Assembly (NCBI RefSeq): GCF_009914755.1
Contig: NC_060933.1
Length of the DNA: 64,000 bases
Source: the human T2T-CHM13v2.0 reference genome, Homo sapiens
Strand: one strand, 5' to 3'
The notes under the pieces are model-generated. The model was not told where the DNA came from. It did no database searches and saw only the letters and a program-made list of their open reading frames with translations. Position 1 is the first letter of the stretch. The number at the start of each line of letters is the position of its first letter. A program made the position numbers and the translations under genes. Positions 37,501 to 53,800 of this stretch are shown here, piece after piece.

Positions 37501-40500
37501 TGGAATGGAATCATCCGTAATGGAATGGAAAGGAATGGAATGGAATGGAATGGAATGGAATGGAATGGAATGGAATCAACACGATTGCAATCGAATGGAA
37601 TGGAATGGAATTAACCCGAATAGAATGGAATGGAATGGAATGGAACGGAACGGAATGGAATGGAATGGAATGGAATGGAATGGAATGCAACGGAAAGGAA
37701 GGGAATGGAATGGAATAGAATGGAATGGAATGGAATCAACGCGAGTGCAGGGGAATGGAATGGAATGGAATGCAATGGAATGGAATCTTCCGGAATGGAA
37801 TGGAATGGAATGGAATGGAATGGAATGGAATCAACCCGAGTGCAATGGAATGGAGTGGAATGGAATGGAATGGAATGGAACAACCCGAATGGAATGGAAT
37901 GTAATGGAGAGTAAGGGAGTTGAATAGAATCAATCAGAATGTAATGGAATGGAATGAAACGGAATGGAATTGAATGGAATGGAATGGAATGCAATGGAAT
38001 GGAATCAACCCGAGTGCAATGGAATGGAGAGGAATGGAATGCAATGGAATGGAAACTACCCAAATGGAATGGAATGTAATGGAGTGTAAGGGAATTGAAT
38101 AGAATCAATCCGAATGTAATGGAATGGTATGGAACGGAATGGAACGGAATGGAATGGAATGGAATGGAATGGAATGGAATGCAATGGAATGGAATCAACC
38201 CGAGTGCAATCGAATGGAATCGAATGGAATGGAATGCAATGGAATGGATTCAACTTGAATGGAATGGAAAGAATGGAATCAACACGAGTGGAATGGCATG
38301 GATTGGAATGGAATGGAATGGAATCAACCCGAGTACAGGGGAATGGAATGGAATGGAATGCAATGGAATGGAATCATCCGTAAAGGAATGGAAAGGAATG
38401 GAATGGAATGGAATGGAATGGAATGGAATGGAATGGAATGGAATGGAATGGAATCAACTCGATTGCAATCGAATGGAATGGAATGGAATTAACCCGTATA
38501 GAATGGAATGGTACGGAACGGAATGGAATGGAATGGAATGGAATGGAATTGAATGGAATGGAATGGAACGGAATCAACGCGACTGCAGGGGAATGGAATG
38601 GAATGGAATGCAATGGAATGGAATCTTCCGGAATGGAATGGAATGGAATGGAATGGAATGAAATGCAATGGATTCAACTCGATTGCAATGGAATGGAATA
38701 GAATGGATTGGAATGGAATGGAATGGAATTAATTCGAATAGAATGGAATGGAATGGAATGGAACGGAATGGAACGGAATGGAATGGAATGGAATGGAATG
38801 GAATGGTATGGAATGCAATGGAATGGTACGGAATAGAATGGAATGGAAAGAATTGTAATGGAATGGAATTGAATGGAATGGAATGGAATGGAATGGAATC
38901 AACGCGAGTGCAGGGGAATGTAATGGAACGGAATGCAATGGAATGGAATCATCCGGAATGGAATGGAATGGAATGGAATGGAATGGAATGGAATGGAGTG
39001 GAATCAACCCGAGAGCAATGGAATGGAGTGGAATGGAATGGAATGGAATGGAACAACCCGAATGGAATGGAATGTAATGGAGAGTAAGGGAGTTGAATAG
39101 AATCAATCCGAATGTAATGGAATGGAATGCAACGGAATGGAATGGAATGGAATGCAATGGAATTGAATCAACCCGAGTACAATGGAATGGAATGGAATGG
39201 AATGGAATGGAATGGAATGGATTGGAATGGAATGATACGGAATAGAATGGAATGGAACGAAATGGAATGGAATGGAATGGAATGGAATGGAATGGAATGG
39301 AATAAAATGGAATGGAATGGAATGGAATGAAATGGAATGGAATGGAATGGAATCGTTCCGAGTGGAATAGGAGGGAATGTATTCGAGTGGAATGGAAAGG
39401 AATGGTATCAACCAGAGTGGAATGGAAGGGAATGGAATGGAATGGAAACTAATAGAATGGAATCAACCCGAGTGGAATGGAATGGAAAGGACTGGAATGG
39501 AATGGAATGGAATGGAATCAACTCGATTGTAATGGAATGGAATGGCATGGAATGGAATGGAATTAACCCGAATACAATGGAATGGGATGGAATGGAACGG
39601 AATGGAGTGGAATGGAATGGAATCAACCCGAGTGCAGGAGAATGGAATGGAATGGAATGCAATGGAATGGAATCATCCGGAATGGAATGGAATGGAATGG
39701 AATGCAAAGCAATGGAATCAACTCGATTGCAATGGAATGGAATGGAATGGAAAGGAATACATTGGAATCAACCCGAGTGGAATGGAATGGAAAGGACTGG
39801 AATGGAGTGGAATGGAATGGAATGGAATGGAATGGAATCAACTCGATTGGAATGGAATGGAATGGAATGGAATGGAATGGAATTAACCCCAATAGAATGG
39901 AATGGAATGGAATGGAACGGAACGGAATGGAATGGAATGGAATTGAATGGAATGGAATAAACCCGAGTGCAATGGAATGGAGTGGAATGGAATGGAATGG
40001 AATGGAACAACCCGAATGGAATGGAATGTAATGGAGAGTAAGGGAGTTGAATAGAATCAATCCGAATGTAATGGAATGGAATGGAACGGAATGGAATTGA
40101 ATGGAATGGAATGGAATGGAATCAACCCGAGTGCAATGGAATGGAGAGGAATGGAATGGAATGGAATGGAAACTACCCGAATGGAATGGAATGTAATGGA
40201 GTGTAAGGGAATTGAATAGAATCAATCCGAATGTAATGGAATGGAATGGAATGGAATGGAATGGAATGGAATGGAATGGAATGGAATGCAATGGAATGGA
40301 ATCAACCCGAGTGCAATCGAATGGAATCGAATGGAATGGAATGCAATGGAATGGATTCAACTTGAATGGAATGGAAAGAATGGAATCAACACGAGTGGAA
40401 TGGCATGGATTGGAATGGAATGGAATGGAATCAACCCGAGTACAGGGGAATGGAATGGAATGGAATGCAATGGAATGGAATCATCCGTAATGGAATGGAA

Positions 40501-42702
40501 AGGAATGGAATGGAATGGAATGGAATGGAATGGAATGGAATGGAATCAACTCGATTGCAATCGAATGGAATGGAATGGAATTAACCCGAATAGAATGGAA
40601 TGGAATGGAATGGAACGCAACGGAATGGAATGGAATGGAACGGAATGGAATGGAACGGAACAGAACGGAATGGATGGAATGGAATGGAATGGAATGGAAT
40701 GGAATCAACGCGAGTGCAGGGGAATGGAATGGAATGGAATGCAATGGAATGGAATCTTCCGGAATGGAATGGAATGGAATGGAATGGAATGGAATGAAAT
40801 GCAATGGATTCAACTCGATTGCAATGGAATGGAATAGAATGGAATGGAATGGAATGGAATGGAATGGAATTAACCCGAATAGAATGGAATGGAATGGAAT
40901 GGAACGGAATGGAACGGAATGCAATGGAATGGAATGGAATGGAATGGTATGGAATGGAATGGAATGGTACGGAATAGAATGGAATGGAACGAATTGTAAT
41001 GGAATGGAATTGAATGGAATGAAATGGAATGGAATGGAATGGAATGGAATCAACGCGAGTGCAGGGGAATGTAATGGAACGAAATGCAATGGAATGGAAT
41101 CATGCGGAATGGAATGGAATGGAATGGAATGGAATGGAATGGAATCAACCCGAGTGCAATGGAATGGAGTGGAATGGAATGGAATGGAATGGAACAACCC
41201 GAATGGAATGGAATGTAATGGAGAGTAAGGGAGTTGAATAGAATCAATCCGAATGTAATGGAATGGAATTCAATGGAATGGAAAGGAATGGAATGGAATG
41301 GAAAGGAATGGAATGGAATGGAATGGAATGGAATGCCTTCAAACCGAATGTAATGGAAAGGAATGGAATCAACACGAGTGGAATGGAATGGAATGGAATG
41401 GAATCGAATGGAATGGAATAATATGGAATAGAATGGAATGGAACGAAATGGAATGGAACGAAATGGAATGGAATGGAATGGAATGGAATGGAATGGAATG
41501 ATACGGAATAGAATGGAATGGAACGAAATGGAGTGGAATGGAATGGAATGGAATGAAATGGAATGGAATGGAATCGTTCCTAGTGGAATAGGAGGGAATG
41601 TATTCGAGTGGAATGGAAAGGAATGGTATCAACCAGAGTGGAATGGAAGGGAATGGAATGGAATGGAAACTAATAGAATGGAATCAACCCGAGTGGAATG
41701 GAATGGAAAGGACTGGAATGGAATGGAATGGAATGGAATCAACTCGATTGTAATGGAATGGAATGGAATGGAATGGAATGGAATGGAATGGAATTAACCC
41801 GAATACAATGGAATGGAATGGAATGGAATGGAATGGAGTGGAATGGAATGGAATCAACCCGAGTGCAGGGTAATGGAATGGAATGGAATGCAATGGAATG
41901 GAATCATCCGGAATGGAATGGAATGGAATGGAATGCAAAGCAATGGAATCAACTCGATTGCAATGGAATGGAATGGAATGGAAAGGAATACATTGGAATC
42001 AACCCGAGTGGAATGGAATGGAAAGGACTGGAATGGAGTGGAATGGAATGGAATGGAATGGAATGGAAACAACTCGATTGGAATGGAATGGAATGGAATG
42101 GAATGGAATTAACCCGAATAGAATGGAATTGAATGGAATGGAAAGGAACGGAATGGAATGGAATGGAATGGAATGGAATGGAATCAACCCGACTGCAGGG
42201 GAATGGAATGGAATGGAATGCAATGGAATGGATTCAACTTCAATGGAATGGAAAGAATGGAATCAACACGAGTGGAATGGCATGGATTGGAATGGAATGG
42301 AATGGAATTAACCCGAGTACAAGGGAATGGAATGGAATGGAATGCAATGGAATGGAATCATCCGTAATGGAATGGAAAGGAATGGAATGGAATGGAATGG
42401 AATGGAATAGAATGGAATGGAATCAACTCGATTGCAATCGAATGGAATGGAATGGAATTAACCCGAATAAAATGGAATGGAATCGAATGGAACGGAACGG
42501 AACGGAATGGAATGGATTGGAATGGAATGGAATGGAATGGAACGGAATGGAATGGAATGGAATGGAATGGAATGGAATGGAATCAACGCGAGTGCAGGGG
42601 AATGGAATGGAATGGAATGCAATGGAATGGAATCTTCCGGAATGGAATGGAATGGAATGGAATGGAATGGAATAAACCCGAGTACAATGGAATGGAGTGG
42701 AA
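34563..42702 (+). repeat. Full HOR copy (8140 bp)
   Basis: TCTGAATCTA markers at 34811 and 42951, with the full landmark order preserved. Confidence 0.94.
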
Positions 42703-45700
42703 TGGAATGGAATGGAATGGAACAACCCGAATGGAATGGAATGTAATGGAGAGTAAGGGAGTTGAATAGAATCAATCCGAATGTAATGGAATGGAATGGA
42801 ACGGAATGGAATTGAATGGAATGGAATGGAATGCAATGGAATGGAATCAACCCGAGAGCAATGGAATGGAGAGGAATGGAATGGAATGGAATGGAAACTA
42901 CCCGAATGGAATGGAATGTAATGGAGGGTAAGGGAATTGAATAGAATCAATCTGAATCTAATGGAATGGAATGGAACGGAATGGAATGGAATGGAATGGA
43001 ATGGAATGGAATGGAATGGAATGGAATGCAATGGAATGGAATGAACCCGAGTGCAATCGAATGGAATCGAATGGAATGGAATGCAATGGAATGGATTCAA
43101 CTTGAATGGAATGGAAAGAATGGAATCAACACGAGTGGAATGGCATGGATTGGAATGGAATGGAATGGAATCAACCCGAGTACAGGGGAATGGAATGGAA
43201 TGGAATGCAATGGAATGGAATCATCCGTAATGGAATGGAAAGGAATGGAATGGAATGGAATGGAATGGAATGGAATGGAATGGAATCAACTCGATTGCAA
43301 TCGAATGGAATGGAATGGAATTAACCCGAATAGAATGGAATGGAATGGAATGGAACGGAACGGAATGGAATGGAATGGAATGGAAAGGAATGGAACGGAA
43401 CGGAACGGAATGGATGAAATGGAATGGAATGGAATGGAATGGAATGGAATCAAAGCGAGTGCAAGGGAATGGAATGGAATGGAATGCAATGGAATGGAAT
43501 CTTCCGGAATGGAATGGAATGGAATGGAATGGAATGAAATGCAATGGATTCAACTCGATTGCAATGGAATGGAATAGAATGGAATGGAATGGAATGGAAC
43601 GGAATGGAATTAACCCGAATAGAATGGAATGGAATGGAATGGAACGGAATGGAACGGAATGGAATGGAATGGAATGGAATGGAATGGTATGGAATGGAAT
43701 GGAATGGTACGGAATAGAATGGAATGGAACGAATTGTAATGGAATGGAATTGAATGGAATGGAATGGAATGGAATGGAATCAACGCGAGTGCAGGGGAAT
43801 GTAATGGAACGGAATGCAATGGAATGGAATCATCCGGAATGGAATGGAATGGAATGGAATGGAATGGAATGGAATCAACCCGAGTGCAATGGAATGGAGT
43901 GGAATGGAATGGAATGGAATGGAACAACCCGAATGGAATGGAATGTAATGGAGAGTAAGGGAGTTGAATATAATCAATCCGAATGTAATGGAATTGGATG
44001 CAACGGAATGGAAAGGAATGGAATGGAATGGAATGGAATGCAATGGAATGGAGTCAACCCGAGTACAATGGAATGGAATGGAATGGAATGGAATGGAATG
44101 GAATGGAATGGAATGGAATGGAATTAACCCGAATACAATGGAATGGAATGGAATGGAATGGAATGGAGTGGAATGGAATGGAATCAACCCGAGTGCAGGG
44201 TAATGGAATGGAATGGAATGCAATGGAATGGAATCATCCGGAATGGAATGGAATGGAATGGAATGCAAAGCAATGGAATCAACTCGATTGCAATGGAATG
44301 GAATGGAATGGAAAGGAATACATTGGAATCAACCCGAGTGGAATGGAATGGAAAGGACTGGAATGGAGTGGAATGGAATGGAATGGAATGGAATGGAAAC
44401 AACTCGATTGGAATGGAATGGAATGGAATGGAATGGAATTAACCCGAATAGAATGGAATTGAATGGAATGGAAAGGAACGGAATGGAATGGAATGGAATG
44501 GAATGGAATGGAATGGAATGGAATCAACCCGACTGCAGGGGAATGGAATGGAATGGAATGCAATGGAATGGATTCAACTTCAATGGAATGGAAAGAATGG
44601 AATCAACACGAGTGGAATGGCATGGATTGGAATGGAATGGAATGGAATTAACCCGAGTACAAGGGAATGGAATGGAATGGAATGCAATGGAATGGAATCA
44701 TCCGTAATGGAATGGAAAGGAATGGAATGGAATGGAATGGAATGGAATAGAATGGAATGGAATCAACTCGATTGCAATCGAATGGAATGGAATGGAATTA
44801 ACCCGAATAAAATGGAATGGAATCGAATGGAACGGAACGGAACGGAATGGAATGGATTGGAATGGAATGGAATGGAATGGAACGGAATGGAATGGAATGG
44901 AATGGAATGGAATGGAATGGAATGGAATCAACCCGAGTGCAGGGGAATGGAATGGAATGGAATGCAATGGAATGGAATCAACCCGAGTACAATGGAACGG
45001 AATGGAATGGAATGTAATGAAATGTAATGTAATGGAATGGAATGGAATGGAATCAACCCGAGTGCAATGGAATGGAGAGGAATGTATGGAATGGAATGGA
45101 AACTACCCGAATGGAATGGAATGGAATGGAGTGTAAGGGAATTGAATAGAATCAATCCGAATGGAATGGAATGGAATGGAAAGGAATGTAATGTAATGGA
45201 ATGGAATGGAATCAACCCGAGTGCAGGGGAATGGAATGGAATGGAATGCAATGGAATGGAGTCATCCGGAATGGAATGGAATGGAATGCAATGGAATGGA
45301 ATGGAATGGAATCAACCCGAGTGCAATGGAATGGAGTGAAATGGAATGGAATGGAATAGAGACAACCAGAATGGATTGGAATATAATGGAGTGTAAGGGA
45401 ATTGAATAGAATCAATCTGAATGTAATGAAAGGGTATGGAACGGAATGGAATGGAATGGAATGAAATGGAATGCAATGGAATGGAATCAAAACGAGTGCA
45501 ATCGAATGGAATCGAATGGAATGGAATGCAATGGAATGGATTCAACTTGAATGGAATGGAAAGAATGGAATCAACACGAGTGGAATGGCATGGATTGGAA
45601 TGGAATAGAATGGAATCAACCCGAGTATAAGGGAATGGAATGGAATGGAATGCAATGGAATGGAATCATCCGTAATGGAATGGAAAGGAATGGAATGGAA

Positions 45701-48700
45701 TGGAATGGAATGGAATGGAATGGAATGGAATCAACACGATTGCAATCGAATGGAATGGAATGGAATTAACCCGAATAGAATGGAATGGAATGGAATGGAA
45801 CGGAACGGAATGGAATGGAATGGAATGGAATGGAATGGAATGCAACGGAAAGGAAGGGAATGGAATGGAATAGAATGGAATGGAATGGAATCAACGCGAG
45901 TGCAGGGGAATGGAATGGAATGGAATGCAATGGAATGGAATCTTCCGGAATGGAATGGAATGGAATGGAATGGAATGGAATGGAATCAACCCGAGTGCAA
46001 TGGAATGGAGTGGAATGGAATGGAATGGAATGGAACAACCCGAATGGAATGGAATGTAATGGAGAGTAAGGGAGTTGAATAGAATCAATCAGAATGTAAT
46101 GGAATGGAATGAAACGGAATGGAATTGAATGGAATGGAATGGAATGCAATGGAATGGAATCAACCCGAGTGCAATGGAATGGAGAGGAATGGAATGCAAT
46201 GGAATGGAAACTACCCAAATGGAATGGAATGGAATGGAGTGTAAGGGAATTGAATAGAATCAATCCGAATGTAATGGAATGGTATGGAACGGAATGGAAC
46301 GGAATGGAATGGAATGGAATGGAATGGAATGGAATGCAATGGAATGGAATCAACCCGAGTGCAATCGAATGGAATCGAATGGAATGGAATGCAATGGAAT
46401 GGATTCAACTTGAATGGAATGGAAAGAATGGAATCAACACGAGTGGAATGGCATGGATTGGAATGGAATGGAATGGAATCAACCCGAGTACAGGGGAATG
46501 GAATGGAATGGAATGCAATGGAATGGAATCATCCGTAAAGGAATGGAAAGGAATGGAATGGAATGGAATGGAATGGAATGGAATGGAATGGAATGGAATG
46601 GAATGGAATGGAATGGAATCAACTCGATTGCAATCGAATGGAATGGAATGGAATTAACCCGTATAGAATGGAATGGTACGGAACGGAATGGAATGGAATG
46701 GAATGGAATGGAATTGAATGGAATGGAATGGAACGGAATCAACGCGACTGCAGGGGAATGGAATGGAATGGAATGCAATGGAATGGAATCTTCCGGAATG
46801 GAATGGAATGGAATGGAATGGAATGAAATGCAATGGATTCAACTCGATTGCAATGGAATGGAATAGAATGGATTGGAATGGAATGGAATGGAATTAATTC
46901 GAATAGAATGGAATGGAATGGAATGGAACGGAATGGAACGGAATGGAATGGAATGGAATGGAATGGAATGGTATGGAATGCAATGGAATGGTACGGAATA
47001 GAATGGAATGGAAAGAATTGTAATGGAATGGAATTGAATGGAATGGAATGGAATGGAATGGAATCAACGCGAGTGCAGGGGAATGTAATGGAACGGAATG
47101 CAATGGAATGGAATCATCCGGAATGGAATGGAATGGAATGGAATGGAATGGAATGGAATGGAGTGGAATCAACCCGAGAGCAATGGAATGGAGTGGAATG
47201 GAATGGAATGGAATGGAACAACCCGAATGGAATGGAATGTAATGGAGAGTAAGGGAGTTGAATAGAATCAATCCGAATGTAATGGAATGGAATGCAACGG
47301 AATGGAATGGAATGGAATGCAATGGAATTGAATCAACCCGAGTACAATGGAATGGAATGGAATGGAATGGAATGGAATGGAATGGATTGGAATGGAATGA
47401 TACGGAATAGAATGGAATGGAACGAAATGGAATGGAATGGAATGGAATGGAATGGAATGGAATGGAATGAAATGGAATGGAATGGAATGGAATGAAATGG
47501 AATGGAATGGAATGGAATCGTTCCGAGTGGAATAGGAGGGAATGTATTCGAGTGGAATGGAAAGGAATGGTATCAACCAGAGTGGAATGGAAGGGAATGG
47601 AATGGAATGGAAACTAATAGAATGGAATCAACCCGAGTGGAATGGAATGGAAAGGACTGGAATGGAATGGAATGGAATGGAATCAACTCGATTGTAATGG
47701 AATGGAATGGCATGGAATGGAATGGAATTAACCCGAATACAATGGAATGGGATGGAATGGAACGGAATGGAGTGGAATGGAATGGAATCAACCCGAGTGC
47801 AGGAGAATGGAATGGAATGGAATGCAATGGAATGGAATCATCCGGAATGGAATGGAATGGAATGGAATGCAAAGCAATGGAATCAACTCGATTGCAATGG
47901 AATGGAATGGAATGGAAAGGAATACATTGGAATCAACCCGAGTGGAATGGAATGGAAAGGACTGGAATGGAGTGGAATGGAATGGAATGGAATGGAATGG
48001 AATCAACTCGATTGGAATGGAATGGAATGGAATGGAATGGAATGGAATTAACCCCAATAGAATGGAATGGAATGGAATGGAACGGAACGGAATGGAATGG
48101 AATGGAATTGAATGGAATGGAATAAACCCGAGTGCAATGGAATGGAGTGGAATGGAATGGAATGGAATGGAACAACCCGAATGGAATGGAATGTAATGGA
48201 GAGTAAGGGAGTTGAATAGAATCAATCCGAATGTAATGGAATGGAATGGAACGGAATGGAATTGAATGGAATGGAATGGAATGGAATCAACCCGAGTGCA
48301 ATGGAATGGAGAGGAATGGAATGGAATGGAATGGAAACTACCCTAATGGAATGGAATGTAATGGAGTGTAAGGGAATTGAATAGAATCAATCCGAATGTA
48401 ATGGAATGGAATGGAATGGAATGGAATGGAATGGAATGGAATGGAATGGAATGCAATGGAATGGAATCAACCCGAGTGCAATCGAATGGAATCGAATGGA
48501 ATGGAATGCAATGGAATGGATTCAACTTGAATGGAATGGAAAGAATGGAATCAACACGAGTGGAATGGCATGGATTGGAATGGAATGGAATGGAATCAAC
48601 CCGAGTACAGGGGAATGGAATGGAATGGAATGCAATGGAATGGAATCATCCGTAATGGAATGGAAAGGAATGGAATGGAATGGAATGGAATGGAATGGAA

Positions 48701-50877
48701 TGGAATGGAATGGAATCAACTCGATTGCAATCGAATGGAATGGAATGGAATTAACCCGAATAGAATGGAATGGAATGGAATGGAACGCAACGGAATGGAA
48801 TGGAATGGAACGGAATGGAATGGAACGGAACAGAACGGAATGGATGGAATGGAATGGAATGGAATGGAATGGAATCAACGCGAGTGCAGGGGAATGGAAT
48901 GGAATGGAATGCAATGGAATGGAATCTTCCGGAATGGAATGGAATGGAATGGAATGGAATGGAATGGAATGAAATGCAATGGATTCAACTCGATTGCAAT
49001 GGAATGGAATAGAATGGAATGGAATGGAATGGAATGGAATGGAATTAACCCGAATAGAATGGAATGGAATGGAATGGAACGGAATGGAACGGAATGCAAT
49101 GGAATGGAATGGAATGGAATGGTATGGAATGGAATGGAATGGTACGGAATAGAATGGAATGGAACGAATTGTAATGGAATGGAATTGAATGGAATGAAAT
49201 GGAATGGAATGGAATGGAATGGAATCAACGCGAGTGCAGGGGAATGTAATGGAACGAAATGCAATGGAATGGAATCATGCGGAATGGAATGGAATGGAAT
49301 GGAATGGAATGGAATGGAATCAACCCGAGTGCAATGGAATGGAGTGGAATGGAATGGAATGGAATGGAACAACCCGAATGGAATGGAATGTAATGGAGAG
49401 TAAGGGAGTTGAATAGAATCAATCCGAATGTAATGGAATGGAATTCAATGGAATGGAAAGGAATGGAATGGAATGGAAAGGAATGGAATGGAATGGAATG
49501 GAATGGAATGCCTTCAAACCGAATGTAATGGAAAGGAATGGAATCAACACGAGTGGAATGGAATGGAATGGAATGGAATCGAATGGAATGGAATAATATG
49601 GAATAGAATGGAATGGAACGAAATGGAATGGAACGAAATGGAATGGAATGGAATGGAATGGAATGGAATGGAATGATACGGAATAGAATGGAATGGAACG
49701 AAATGGAGTGGAATGGAATGGAATGGAATGAAATGGAATGGAATGGAATCGTTCCTAGTGGAATAGGAGGGAATGTATTCGAGTGGAATGGAAAGGAATG
49801 GTATCAACCAGAGTGGAATGGAAGGGAATGGAATGGAATGGAAACTAATAGAATGGAATCAACCCGAGTGGAATGGAATGGAAAGGACTGGAATGGAATG
49901 GAATGGAATGGAATCAACTCGATTGTAATGGAATGGAATGGAATGGAATGGAATGGAATGGAATGGAATTAACCCGAATACAATGGAATGGAATGGAATG
50001 GAATGGAATGGAGTGGAATGGAATGGAATCAACCCGAGTGCAGGGTAATGGAATGGAATGGAATGCAATGGAATGGAATCATCCGGAATGGAATGGAATG
50101 GAATGGAATGCAAAGCAATGGAATCAACTCGATTGCAATGGAATGGAATGGAATGGAAAGGAATACATTGGAATCAACCCGAGTGGAATGGAATGGAAAG
50201 GACTGGAATGGAGTGGAATGGAATGGAATGGAATGGAATGGAAACAACTCGATTGGAATGGAATGGAATGGAATGGAATGGAATTAACCCGAATAGAATG
50301 GAATTGAATGGAATGGAAAGGAACGGAATGGAATGGAATGGAATGGAATGGAATGGAATCAACCCGACTGCAGGGGAATGGAATGGAATGGAATGCAATG
50401 GAATGGATTCAACTTCAATGGAATGGAAAGAATGGAATCAACACGAGTGGAATGGCATGGATTGGAATGGAATGGAATGGAATTAACCCGAGTACAAGGG
50501 AATGGAATGGAATGGAATGCAATGGAATGGAATCATCCGTAATGGAATGGAAAGGAATGGAATGGAATGGAATGGAATGGAATAGAATGGAATGGAATCA
50601 ACTCGATTGCAATCGAATGGAATGGAATGGAATTAACCCGAATAAAATGGAATGGAATCGAATGGAACGGAACGGAACGGAATGGAATGGATTGGAATGG
50701 AATGGAATGGAATGGAACGGAATGGAATGGAATGGAATGGAATGGAATGGAATGGAATCAACGCGAGTGCAGGGGAATGGAATGGAATGGAATGCAATGG
50801 AATGGAATCTTCCGGAATGGAATGGAATGGAATGGAATGGAATGGAATAAACCCGAGTACAATGGAATGGAGTGGAA
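42703..50877 (+). repeat. Full HOR copy (8175 bp)
   Basis: Markers at 42951 and 51126. ORFs 42966 and 51141 are identical to ORF 264. Confidence 0.95.
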
Positions 50878-53800
50878 TGGAATGGAATGGAATGGAACAA
50901 CCCGAATGGAATGGAATGTAATGGAGAGTAAGGGAGTTGAATAGAATCAATCCGAATGTAATGGAATGGAATGGAACGGAATGGAATTGAATGGAATGGA
51001 ATGGAATGCAATGGAATGGAATCAACCCGAGAGCAATGGAATGGAGAGGAATGGAATGGAATGGAATGGAAACTACCCGAATGGAATGGAATGTAATGGA
51101 GGGTAAGGGAATTGAATAGAATCAATCTGAATCTAATGGAATGGAATGGAACGGAATGGAATGGAATGGAATGGAATGGAATGGAATGGAATGGAATGGA
51201 ATGCAATGGAATGGAATGAACCCGAGTGCAATCGAATGGAATCGAATGGAATGGAATGCAATGGAATGGATTCAACTTGAATGGAATGGAAAGAATGGAA
51301 TCAACACGAGTGGAATGGCATGGATTGGAATGGAATGGAATGGAATCAACCCGAGTACAGGGGAATGGAATGGAATGGAATGCAATGGAATGGAATCATC
51401 CGTAATGGAATGGAAAGGAATGGAATGGAATGGAATGGAATGGAATGGAATGGAATGGAATCAACTCGATTGCAATCGAATGGAATGGAATGGAATTAAC
51501 CCGAATAGAATGGAATGGAATGGAATGGAACGGAACGGAATGGAATGGAATGGAATGGAAAGGAATGGAACGGAACGGAACGGAATGGATGAAATGGAAT
51601 GGAATGGAATGGAATGGAATGGAATCAAAGCGAGTGCAAGGGAATGGAATGGAATGGAATGCAATGGAATGGAATCTTCCGGAATGGAATGGAATGGAAT
51701 GGAATGGAATGAAATGCAATGGATTCAACTCGATTGCAATGGAATGGAATAGAATGGAATGGAATGGAATGGAACGGAATGGAATTAACCCGAATAGAAT
51801 GGAATGGAATGGAATGGAACGGAATGGAACGGAATGGAATGGAATGGAATGGAATGGAATGGTATGGAATGGAATGGAATGGTACGGAATAGAATGGAAT
51901 GGAACGAATTGTAATGGAATGGAATTGAATGGAATGGAATGGAATGGAATGGAATCAACGCGAGTGCAGGGGAATGTAATGGAACGGAATGCAATGGAAT
52001 GGAATCATCCGGAATGGAATGGAATGGAATGGAATGGAATGGAATGGAATCAACCCGAGTGCAATGGAATGGAGTGGAATGGAATGGAATGGAATGGAAC
52101 AACCCGAATGGAATGGAATGTAATGGAGAGTAAGGGAGTTGAATATAATCAATCCGAATGTAATGGAATTGGATGCAACGGAATGGAAAGGAATGGAATG
52201 GAATGGAATGGAATGCAATGGAATGGAGTCAACCCGAGTACAATGGAATGGAATGGAATGGAATGGAATGGAATGGAATGGAATGGAATGGAATGGAATT
52301 AACCCGAATACAATGGAATGGAATGGAATGGAATGGAATGGAGTGGAATGGAATGGAATCAACCCGAGTGCAGGGTAATGGAATGGAATGGAATGCAATG
52401 GAATGGAATCATCCGGAATGGAATGGAATGGAATGGAATGCAAAGCAATGGAATCAACTCGATTGCAATGGAATGGAATGGAATGGAAAGGAATACATTG
52501 GAATCAACCCGAGTGGAATGGAATGGAAAGGACTGGAATGGAGTGGAATGGAATGGAATGGAATGGAATGGAAACAACTCGATTGGAATGGAATGGAATG
52601 GAATGGAATGGAATTAACCCGAATAGAATGGAATTGAATGGAATGGAAAGGAACGGAATGGAATGGAATGGAATGGAATGGAATGGAATGGAATGGAATC
52701 AACCCGACTGCAGGGGAATGGAATGGAATGGAATGCAATGGAATGGATTCAACTTCAATGGAATGGAAAGAATGGAATCAACACGAGTGGAATGGCATGG
52801 ATTGGAATGGAATGGAATGGAATTAACCCGAGTACAAGGGAATGGAATGGAATGGAATGCAATGGAATGGAATCATCCGTAATGGAATGGAAAGGAATGG
52901 AATGGAATGGAATGGAATGGAATAGAATGGAATGGAATCAACTCGATTGCAATCGAATGGAATGGAATGGAATTAACCCGAATAAAATGGAATGGAATCG
53001 AATGGAACGGAACGGAACGGAATGGAATGGATTGGAATGGAATGGAATGGAATGGAACGGAATGGAATGGAATGGAATGGAATGGAATGGAATGGAATGG
53101 AATCAACCCGAGTGCAGGGGAATGGAATGGAATGGAATGCAATGGAATGGAATCAACCCGAGTACAATGGAACGGAATGGAATGGAATGTAATGAAATGT
53201 AATGTAATGGAATGGAATGGAATGGAATCAACCCGAGTGCAATGGAATGGAGAGGAATGTATGGAATGGAATGGAAACTACCCGAATGGAATGGAATGGA
53301 ATGGAGTGTAAGGGAATTGAATAGAATCAATCCGAATGGAATGGAATGGAATGGAAAGGAATGTAATGTAATGGAATGGAATGGAATCAACCCGAGTGCA
53401 GGGGAATGGAATGGAATGGAATGCAATGGAATGGAGTCATCCGGAATGGAATGGAATGGAATGCAATGGAATGGAATGGAATGGAATCAACCCGAGTGCA
53501 ATGGAATGGAGTGAAATGGAATGGAATGGAATAGAGACAACCAGAATGGATTGGAATATAATGGAGTGTAAGGGAATTGAATAGAATCAATCTGAATGTA
53601 ATGAAAGGGTATGGAACGGAATGGAATGGAATGGAATGAAATGGAATGCAATGGAATGGAATCAAAACGAGTGCAATCGAATGGAATCGAATGGAATGGA
53701 ATGCAATGGAATGGATTCAACTTGAATGGAATGGAAAGAATGGAATCAACACGAGTGGAATGGCATGGATTGGAATGGAATAGAATGGAATCAACCCGAG